DNA of 64,000 bases from Macrostomum lignano (lineage: Eukaryota): the NCBI GenBank assembly GCA_002269645.1, contig NIVC01000059.1, forward strand, positions 868,001 to 932,000, in the 5' to 3' direction. The first letter of the stretch is position 1. Every line of letters begins with the position of its first letter. The notes under the pieces were generated by a model, which ran no database searches, was not told the DNA's origin, and saw only the letters and a program-made list of their open reading frames with translations. Of the stretch, positions 55,026-64,000 are shown one piece after another. Both the position numbers and the translations under genes were made by a program.

Positions 55026-56640
55026 CCAAATTCAAGCTTCGAGTTTTTTCGTTTAAAAAATTAATGATTTTAGGCGAAAAATACGTAGAAGGAACACTTC
55101 AATAACATAAAAATCAATTGTGCACTTTACACTGCACTGTTTATCTGCTGAAGTTTGTTGTAAAGTTGAGGTTTCTGCAGGAAATCTTTTTGCATTGCAA
55201 TTCCAGATTAGAAATGTGTCAAACCTTGAGCTAACCAAGTGCAAAACAGATAAAGCTTAGCGTGCAATGCATGTGTACATTTTAGCTGCCTGTATTCGGT
55301 GCGTTAATTTGAAATGTTTGAGTTTTCGCAGGACCGTTAGTTTCAGATAAATGTATTTTGTCCCACAGGTATCGTGCTAGGTCTGCAGTTGAAAGACAGA
55401 ACGTAACAGGTGTCAGAACTTTTGTCTCTGTCTGCCAAATCTTTTTTGAATTTCAGCAGATTTTGTTAAATACACTGCTGCACAATTTAGATTATTGACT
55501 ATAATAACGCCTACATAATGTGCATGTAGTAGGCCAAACTCGAAGCCTCCCCACACTACAAGCCTCCCCACACTACAAGCCTCCCACTCTACAAGGCTCC
55601 TTCCATGTGCTTCCGTAAGCTCTCTCACCATGAGACTCCGCCTTTCCCAATCAGCTTCTCCACAATCGCAATCTTGATAGTGAGCTGAAAAGAGACGGCT
55701 TGAGTAATAAATCTTTTTAAAATGATGGACTGATAAACACATATGCTGCCCATTTAGTTTATGCCAATTTTATTACTATTTCGACGGACAAGTCTTGACT
55801 AATATCGTAGGGCAAAATAAACGTTGGCTGTTTTAACTTAAAAATCACAATTGTTTGCATTTCAATAAATTCGTAAAATTTCTACTAAAAATGTTGAGAA
55901 ACACCACAATAGAGTATTGGCATAGTGATTGACTTCAGCTCACTACACTGCAATGACGCAATGATTTTCAACTCAGGCGCACTAGTGTGCACACTGCTAC
56001 AGTTAAGAATGCTCACCAAGTATATGCTCTCCAAATATGTAAAAGTACAAGTGCTAAAGCCTATTAGCAGCATGGATCATTTGGACTTTGCCTAAGTCTC
56101 TAGGTAGTGTTAAAAAACAACAACTAAGGTCGAAGTAACCGATTTTGCAACGATAATAGGACTGACCAACATCAAGCAACAAGAAATGAAGTAATTGATC
56201 CTATAACTCGTACTCTAGGTCGTATACATTAATTGAACGTACTTGATGTACATTTTGATTTGCTGTGCAAGTCGATTCCTCCCTTGATTATCGTTGGTTT
56301 AAAGTTAAAGCATTTTGATTGGCTTAGAAAACTTAGCTATCAGCCCACGCGCGAGATGCGGGGGAGAGAGATTGAGGGTTGTGCGCAGCTTTAGGCCAAC
56401 TCCACTCTCCAGCCCTTCCCCCCGCAAATCACCCACCCCATCCTCCGCTGCGCCTTATCTATTTTTAAACAGGCTATCTATAATCAGCCGGGCCTCATAC
56501 AAGTTTGTAATAGACCTGAACTGAACAGGCTCTACATGCGACCTAAATATTATTATCAAAATAAGAGTGCATTGGATAATTTTTGATCCGTATTCTTTAA
56601 ATAATAAATATAAATAATACTTGCTAGTTTACTCATCATC

Positions 56641-58109
56641 ATGAGAGCTCCAACAGGAAGCATCGATTCAACAGTCTATACTACACTGCCGCAACGACTA
56701 TTGGCTTTCTTGTGTTGTTTAGTAGCTATGGCAACCGCTGTGCTGTTGTGGGGCGTCGGAGCTGAGGCTGTTCACTTCGGACACAAATTGTCCGGCTCTC
56801 TGCTGCTGATTGATGCCACCCTGATGACGGTCTTGGAGGCTGTGACAGTCTGTTTCTTACTGTTGCCAAGGAATAGTTGCATCCGGTGTCGCCGCATTGA
56901 GTGCCTATCAACCGGTCTGGACACCTACAAGCGGTCCATTCTGTACGCTTTGCTCACTGCTACCTGTTTTGTACGGCTGGACGAGTATTGGATGCCGGCT
57001 GTACCGGGTGAGGCCTTTATTGATTTGCAGTTTTCAGACAGAGTAATATTAGCGTTGTCACAATTGAAGACAAGATGATAACTATTTATTCCAATTCAGG
57101 TAGCGCTTTGATTCTGTCGTCTGTGATGTACATGCTAAAGCACTGCTGCAATCGCAAGGCAACCATCGATGTTGGCAAGATGCCATCGTTTTTTAGGTGA
57201 GAAAGATGTATTATGCGATAGCAAATTTTGTTTTTATTTTTACTTGTCACTTTGGGTCACCACCTCTTGGCTTTACTCTCGATTTCCACTTCCATCTCCC
57301 TCCTCTCTTTCCCCTCCTCTCTCCCTCTTTCCCCTCCTCTCTCCCTCTTTCCCCTCCTCTCTCCCTCTTTCCCCTCCTCTCTCCCTCTTACCCCTCCTCT
57401 CTCCCTCTTTCCCCTCCTCTCTCCCTCTTACCCCTCCTCTCTCCCTCTTTCCCCTCCTCTCTCCCTCTTTCCCCTCCTCTCTCCCTCTTTCCCCTCCTCT
57501 CTCCCTCTTTCCCCTCCTCTCTCCCTCTTACCCCTCCTCTCTCCCTCTTTCCCCTCCTCTCTCCCTCTTTCCCCTCCTCTCTCCCTCTTACCCCTCCTCT
57601 CTCCCTCTTTCCCCTCCTCTCTCCCTTTTTCCCCTCCTCTCTCCCTCTTACCCCTCCTCTCTCCCTTTTTCCCCTCCTCTCTCCTCTTCCCCTCTTCCTT
57701 CTATCTCCCTCTTCCTCTCTTGTCTTCCTATTTTGGCGCCAGAAGTTGCCAGTGCCAGATAACAGACAGCTCAAGCATCCAATTTTTCAGCTTCGAAGGA
57801 GCCGTCTCGCTGACACCGGAATCTGCAGTGCCGCCAACTGACGCCTCATCACAGCAGCCGCGGCAGCCGCCAACGGCAAAACCACTCGGCCTAGACAATA
57901 AGAAGCAACAACAGCAGCTGCAGCCGCCTCCGCCGCTGTACATCCCCACAGTGCACAGCGCTGTAAACGACTACTGGAGGGACCCCGGCGTCAGCAACGT
58001 AGCTCCAGTTCCAGCCGTTCCAATAATTCAGCAGCCGCCTGCTCTTCCACCGCGTCGCAGTCGGCAGAACCGCGTACTGCTGAACAGCTGTGTCGCCGCC
58101 TCCGACTAA
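56641..58109 (+). CDS. TMEM72-like four-pass membrane protein with proline-rich tail, 260 aa; exons 56641-57007, 57100-57196, 57791-58109
   Basis: TAVLLWGVGAE, LYALLTATCF and W..AVPGSALI match recalled TMEM72 motifs (VLIGVGTE, LSVACF, WHVTIPGSMLI). GT-AG introns of phase 1 and 2 keep frame (783 nt). Confidence 0.78.
57290..57720. repeat. 20-bp polypyrimidine array (tcccctcctctctccctctt)n in TMEM72-like intron 2
   Basis: Direct reading. Confidence 0.93.
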
Positions 58110-58722
58110 CAAAATCATTGGTGTAAGAGGCTGGACGATATTTAATAATTAAAGCATTCTGTGTCTGAAGTTATTCTTGTAGTCAAGGACAATGCTACAT
58201 TCATTATACAATTATAAGGTTTAAAACCCTTTTTAACAAGTATTAATTGAAACAAAACTATTAATAATATTCTTTTTTCGTGCACTAATTAATATAAGCC
58301 TTCAACGCGCCTAATCAATACTCCCTACTGCGATTAGAATTTAATATAATTTTTGCAAACGAAGTTTTTTTCTGTTCTCGGCAATTTAGCGCAATTTTAT
58401 TATATTTATTAAACAGCATATATAATGCGCAATAATTTACTGCACAATTGCTTGCATATTTTAGCCGAGTTACAGTATATCCGTCATTCATGTACGTTGC
58501 ATTGAGTAAAAATGCAAAACGAATTGTTTCTCTGAAGGCGCAATTAATATTGTTTTGCATTAATTATTGATTTATCGTTGCAACTCACAGCTTTTTCTAT
58601 TATCTAATTAATAAAATACAAATCGTTTTGAAAATAATTTGTAGGTTTTTCATAGTTAAAAAATTTGATTTGTTCAAATAATTTGCAGCAGGGTACTAGT
58701 GTTATTTATTAGTTGTTGTAGT

Positions 58723-59010
58723 TGTTGTGTAGCCAAGGTTTGAAGTTTTCCCGTTGAGTTGCAAAGTAAAGTTGCTTTATTTATATTTTTGTTATTTAAG
58801 AAAAACTGCACGATCGATAAATTCAAGAGCTAGAGATATCACGTGATTAATAATACATATTATACCGATAATTTATCAACTACTCTACTTAAAGTGGCAG
58901 TATAAGTAATAGACAATAATAATAATACAGGTAGCATTTACGTTATAGTAGAAATATTCGTAAAATATTATCTATCTTTAAGTTGGTCTGTCAGGTTACA
59001 CGACACAACA
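58723..59010 (-). repeat. 3' LTR, 288 bp
   Basis: TG...CA ends with an 8-bp inverted repeat; polypurine tract GGAGAGGGGGAAGA on the minus strand at 59024-59011. Confidence 0.92.
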
Positions 59011-59039
59011 TCTTCCCCCTCTCCGATTGATCACCAGCC

Positions 59040-62000
59040 CTAGCGCTGCAGAGGACGTCGCGGACGAGAGGACCGTCGCAAAGCCGGAGCCGGTGGTCCT
59101 TCGGCTGGACCAGGAGTCGGTTGTCGAACCTCTCCCCCTCCGTCTTGCGTTGCCCGCACTTGGACATCCACGAGGGGATCAAACTCGCCAGCCGCAGATG
59201 CCTCGTAGTTTGGTCGCAGAGATGTCGGCACCAGCGCTTGCTGGTTCCAGGTGCTGCCGTCTGCCAGTCGACAGGCCGAACCCATCGCCTTGACGATCTG
59301 CAGCGGCGCAGAGAGCCGGCTGCCGAGCTTGCCAGGTCGTGTTGGCCGGCGGATTCTGACCCAGTCACCGGTGCGTAATGTCGGCTGCTGGGCTCCACGC
59401 CGTTGGTCGGTGTACGCTGCCGTCCGCTGTTGACGTTGCTGAATGCGTTCGGCGATATCAGGTTGCGCAGCAGCGGCGTTCTTGACCGGAGCAAGTAGCG
59501 ACATGGGCGTGCGCCAGCGGCGTCCCAACATCAGTTCGGCCGGGCTCTTGCCAGTCAGGGCGTGCGGCGTGCTGCGGTAGCTCTCGAGAAACTGCACTAG
59601 CGCGTCCTGCATCGGCACGTTGTCGACTCTAGACGCTCGAATGCTGTCCATCAGGGACCTGTTGAGTCGCTCGGTTTGGCCGCTGGTGCTCTGTCGGTAC
59701 GGACAAGTCTTCAGGTGTTGGATGCCCCGTTCTCGCAGGAACCCGGTGAAGGCGTCGCCGAACTGAGGTCCGTTGTCGGTGAGGACCTTCTCGCAGAGGC
59801 CCCAGCGTGCGAACAGACTGCGTAGCACCTTACAGACCGTGTCGGTGGTGATGCTTGAAGTCGCGAAGACCTCCGGCCACTTGCTGTGCAGATCCGTGAT
59901 GACCAGTAGGAATCGTGACGACGCCGGCGCTGCCTGCAGTTCACCCACGATGTCGATGGCTATCTCTGTCCACGGCGAACTTGGCCATGGCAGGGGCTGC
60001 AGCGGAGCCGGTCGCAGCTTGAAATTCTTCTCCGCAGTCTCGCAGGCGCCGCAGTCTCTAACAAACGTCTCGACGTCGGCGTCCATCCTCGGCCACCAGG
60101 CGAACTCGCAAAGCTGCTGCTTGGTACGCACCACCCCCGGGTGTCCCGTATGCGCGGACTCCAGAAGCTCACGCCGCAGGTCCTGTGGGATGACAGCGCG
60201 GTCTTGGAAGGCCAGGCAGGAGCCGTCTTGCCAGATGCTCTCGGACTTTGAAGTACGGCTGCAACTCGGTGTCCTTGGCCGAACTCCAGCTGCTGGTAGT
60301 AACTCGTTGAATGACTTCGCGCAGTATTGTGTCCTCTGCGGTTGCTGTTGCTAGCCGCTGTGGCGTGACGATTCGGAGTTGAGGCATCGCGGTGTCCGGC
60401 AATTGGACGACGTTCATGTCCGACCCGCAGCTCCATCTCGACAGCATGTCGGCCACCAAGTTGCGACTCCCCGGGAGGTAGCGCACGTGGAAGTCGTACC
60501 GCTGAAATCGGTCACACCACCGGTGAATGCGCAGTGGCCGATGTCCGGTGCCGCTGGGTCCCATCAGCAGCTGTCGCAGGGCCTGGTGATCCGTTCACAG
60601 CTCGAAATGGCGCCCGTACAGGTAGTAGTGCCACTTTTCCATGGCCCACAGGCTCGCCAGTGCCTCTCGCTCGTTCGCAGCGTATCGTTTCTCGGTCTCC
60701 GTCAGCGCACGTGCCGCGAATCCGATCGGTCGTTCTATGCGGTCTTGAATCTGTGACAGCTGTGCGCCCAGAGACTCGGCGCTGGCGTCGCTGGTGACGA
60801 TTGTCTCAGCGTCGGGGTCGAAATGCGCCAGGACCGGCGGATTGCAGATTGCCGCTTTCAGCGCCTGGAAGGCTCGCTCGCACTCAGCTGTCCATTCGAA
60901 CTCGGCATCGCCCTTGAGTAGAGGCCCCAGCGGCGTCGTGACCTCGGCGAAATGGGGAACGAACCGCATCAGCTAATTAGCCGATCCTAGGAACGCCTGC
61001 AGCTCCTTCTTGCTCGTCGGTGCGCGCAGCTCGTTGAAAGCCTTGGTCTGGGACTCGGATGGCCGGATGCCGTCTTCCGAGAAGACGAAGCCGAAAAACT
61101 TTGTCTCGGTCTTCCGTAGCTCGCACTTGTCCTTGTTGGCGGTGAGGCCGGTGTCCTCCAGTCGCTTCAGCAGAGCTCGCAGCCTTGAGTCGTGTTCGGC
61201 CTCAGTTGCTCCGAAGACGATGAAGTCATCCAAGATGTGCTCCACTCCGGGCAGATGGGCCACCAGATCGTCCAGCATCCTCTGGAAGGCCCCCGGACCA
61301 GACGCTAGGCCAAACGGCACCCGGCAGTAACGGTACAAGCCCTGGTGTGTAACGAACGTTGTCAGGTCGCGTGATGACTGATGTAGCTGCATCTGCATTT
61401 GGCCTGCCTTGAGGTCGATCTTGGAGAACATGCGGCTGCCGGCCACCTTGATTTTCGCGGAGATCTCGTCCAGCTGCGGTATAGGGTGTCGGTCGATGAC
61501 CAGCGACTTATTTGGTTCGCGCACGTCGATGCACACTCGAATGCTGCCGTCTTTCTTGTTCGTCACGACCAGATTGGAAATCCATGGGCTTGAGTTGACC
61601 CGCTCGATGATGCCTGCTGCCTCAGACGGTCGAGCTCCTCGCCGACCTGTTGCTGCTTGGCGAGAGGCAGGCGGCGCAGTGGCTGCTGCACTGGTGGCAC
61701 GGCCGTGTTGATTCTCGGTTGGTGCACCGCTCCTCTGCAGAGACCGATTGATCCGTCGAAGACCGCTGGGAACTCACTGGCGATGTCTACTTTGGCAATT
61801 CCGATGTTGGCATCGCGAGGCTGGAGTTGCACTTGGATGCCCAGCTTCTGCATCAGATCGCGGCCGACGATATTTTCGCCCGACCTAGTGACGTGAAAGT
61901 CGTGTTGCAGTTCTTGGCTGCGGTACTTGACGCAGACTGTTGCGAGCCCTGTGACGGCGATATTCTTCCTGCCGTAAGCTCGTAGCTGCACTGCCGATGG

Positions 62001-62986
62001 CTTCAGATCGATGTCGCTCAGACTTCTCGCCGTAGCCTCGTTGAGCAGAGAAACTTTGGCGCCGCAGTTGACCATCAGGCTGACTGTCTTCAAGCCGTCG
62101 CCCAGCTGCAGCTCGACTCTGATCTCGTCGCCGCCATGGACCGCGTAGATCGTGACCGTCTCGTCTGCGCTGACTTGGAGTGCCTTGCTGCGGCAGCATC
62201 GACTGAAGTGGTTCAATTTCCCGCAACTGTTGCGTTTCTTGCCGTGCGCGGGACACTTCGCCTTGGCCTCGTGGCTCCCTCCGCATCGGGTGCAGGAGCT
62301 TTTGGCCGGATGCTGCGACCTGCTGTCGGGCGGAGCGCTGCCGGGGCCCTGTCGCCTCGCTGCTTGCTGCACCGTCTGGACGCTCTCAAAGGAGCTGGTC
62401 GCCGCCATCGCCTTGCTGCCTGCCGCCGCGTCCTCGATCGTAGTCGCGATGACAACTGCTTGCTCTAGTGTCAGCCTGGCGGCGTCCTCCGTCAGAAGAC
62501 GCTCGCGAATTCGAGTGCTGCTCGTCTTCTGGGCAAGCTGGTCGCGGATCATTTCGTCTGCCAGAGGTCCGTAGCTGCACGTGGCTGATAGCTCTCGTAG
62601 CGCTGCGACGAACGTGACTGAGTCTTCGCTTGGCAGCTGCTGTCGCTCCCTGAATCGATGACGCGCCAGCATCACATTTGGTCGGTCGCGTAATACCGTC
62701 GTCAGCTGATCGCGGGTTTGCCAGAAGGTAGACCGTCGACAATCGCATTTCGGGCCCTTGCCATCCGCTGCCCCTCAAAGCCGAGAAGGTGCAGTTGATG
62801 GTTCTTGCACACCGTCGCCAGTCGCCTAGCCTCATCTGTCAGGGCTTCTTCGCCTGCCGGTCGGGGTGTCCAGATTTGGGCTGCTTGACAGTAGAAGTCG
62901 AATGCGTCCAGCCATCTGTTCCATGGGACCGCCGGTGTTCCGCTTGCTGGAAGAAATGGTGCAGGTGGGCTAACGTTGAGAGCCAC
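59040..62986 (-). pseudogene. Disrupted gag-pol polyprotein (Gag with tandem CCHC, protease, RT, RNase H, integrase)
   Basis: Gag PPAPFLPASGTPAVPW; CTRCGGSH...CGKLNHF; RT LDDFIVFG; RNase H SDASAESLGAQL; integrase H-H-C-C and TDNGPQF. Single-base frameshifts near 62730, 61615 and 60228; stops at 60973 (TAG) and 60595 (TGA). Confidence 0.92.
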
Positions 62987-62994
62987 CTTCGTCG

Positions 62995-63007
62995 ATCCTC
63001 GTCGCTA
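62995..63007 (-). other. Primer binding site TAGCGACGAGGAT (consensus TGGCGACGAGGAT, complementary to the tRNA-Ser(GCU) 3' end)
   Basis: Located 2 nt inside the 5' LTR boundary at 63010; tRNA assignment is from the recalled tRNA-Ser(GCU) sequence. Confidence 0.75.
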
Positions 63008-63009
63008 GT

Positions 63010-63247
63010 TGTTGTGTAGCCAAGGCTTGAAGTTTTCCCGTTGAGTTGCAAAGTAAAGTTGCTTTATTTATATTTTTGTTATTTAAGAAAAACTGCACGA
63101 TCGATAAATTCAAGAGCTGGAGATATCACGTGATTAATAATACATATTATACAGATAATTTATCAACTACTCTACTTAAAGTGGCAGTATAGGTATTACT
63201 AATTGACAATAATAATATTACAGGTAGCATTTATGTTATAGTAGAAA
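63010..63247 (-). repeat. 5' LTR, partial (238 bp visible)
   Basis: Aligns to 58723-58954 with about 7 substitutions and one 6-nt indel. Confidence 0.92.
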
Positions 63248-64000
63248 CTAGCAATCTTCGCCCCCCGATGGGGGGCATCTAGATAGAATCTCTGGCTCTC
63301 TACAAGTATCAAAAAGGCCAAATAAAGCCTTCACATAGACAATAGAAAAACTGCTCAAATGAAGTGCAATGCAAAAAGAAAACATCCCAGGACAGCAAGC
63401 AACCCTCCAGATAGCAAGCACCCCCAGATAGCAAGCATCTCCAGATAGCAAGCACCCCCAGATAGCAGGCAGCCCAGATAGCAAGCATCCACCTAATAGC
63501 AAACACCTCAAGATAGCAAGAATCCACCTAACAGCAAGCACCCTTAGAAAGCAAGCACCCCCAAATAGCAAGCATCCACCTAATAGCAAGCATCCACCTA
63601 ATAGCAAGCACCCTTAGATAGCAAGCATCCATCTAATAGCAAGCACCCTTAGATAGCAAGCATCCCCAGATAGCAAGCACCCCCAGATAGCAAGCATCTC
63701 CAGATAGCAAGCACCCCCAGATAGCAGGCACCCCAGATAGCAAGCATCCACCTAATTGCAAACACCCCAAGATAGCAAGCATCCACCTAATAGCAAGCAC
63801 CCCCAGATAGCAAGCACCCCCAGATAGCAAGCACCCCCAGATAGCAAGCATCTCCAGATAGCAAGCACCCCCAGATAGCAGGCACCCCAGATAGCAAGCA
63901 TCCACCTAATTGCAAACACCCCAAGATAGCAAGCATCCACCTAATAGCAAGCACCCCCAGATAGCAAGCACCCCCAGATAGCAAGCACCCCCAGATAGCA
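63248..64000 (-). mobile_element. Second copy (3' part) of the non-autonomous Helitron, with the same 18-bp minisatellite
   Basis: Minus strand ...cccccatcggggggcgaagattgCTAG|T, homologous to 8280-8415; the intact LTR shows the empty site A^T. Confidence 0.85.

Larger units (their letters stand above)
58723..63247 (-). mobile_element. Ty3/Gypsy LTR retrotransposon (Mag-like), decayed; 5' LTR interrupted by a Helitron and continuing beyond the window
   Basis: Direct repeats 58723-58954 and 63010-63247; LTR termini TGTTGTGT...ACACAACA; PBS, PPT and gag-PR-RT-RH-INT domain order. Confidence 0.95.

Noticed and set aside
52993-55105. 600-690-aa elastin/silk-like ORFs (APGAG, RGAST, LAPLV)
   Set aside because: A 15-bp unit keeps several frames open on both strands automatically; there is no credible start context or signal peptide and no synonymous variation pattern. 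Treated as a non-coding array.
60228-62730. Programmed ribosomal frameshifts in the Gypsy polyprotein
   Set aside because: The shifts fall inside Gag, at the RT start and before integrase, lack slippery heptamers and co-occur with nonsense codons, so they are decay.

Overview
Eukaryotic (invertebrate animal) genomic DNA, not prokaryotic. Gene content, GC3-rich exons, an animal-type universal stress protein and minisatellite-packed introns resemble a free-living flatworm such as Macrostomum; this is inference, not established. Host genes reconstructed by hand with GT-AG splice sites: 5' part of CASK (minus, 3 exons), SSRP1 (5 exons, 789 aa), a USP (2 exons, 194 aa), an intronless Toll-like LRR transmembrane receptor with no TIR domain (805 aa), a WWP/Itch/Su(dx)-type HECT E3 ligase (minus, 7 exons, 771 aa), a SLAIN-like ORF, a TMEM72-like 4-TM protein (3 exons, 260 aa) and a candidate 52-aa micropeptide. 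Mobile DNA: a full-length 6.6-kb P-superfamily transposon (80-bp TIRs, perfect 8-bp TSD, 4-exon THAP transposase with two nonsense codons), two 45-bp remnants that look like P-type excision footprints (one with a perfect 8-bp TSD and about 17 bp of each TIR), a Mutator deletion derivative, a MITE with a 6-bp TSD, a tRNA-derived SINE with a CORE-like domain, two copies of a minisatellite-carrying non-autonomous Helitron, and a decayed Mag-type Ty3/Gypsy element whose 5' LTR is interrupted by one Helitron copy. About 30 micro/minisatellite arrays generate most of the long ORFs in the supplied track, and those ORFs are artefacts. All homology calls are from motif recognition; no database search was run.
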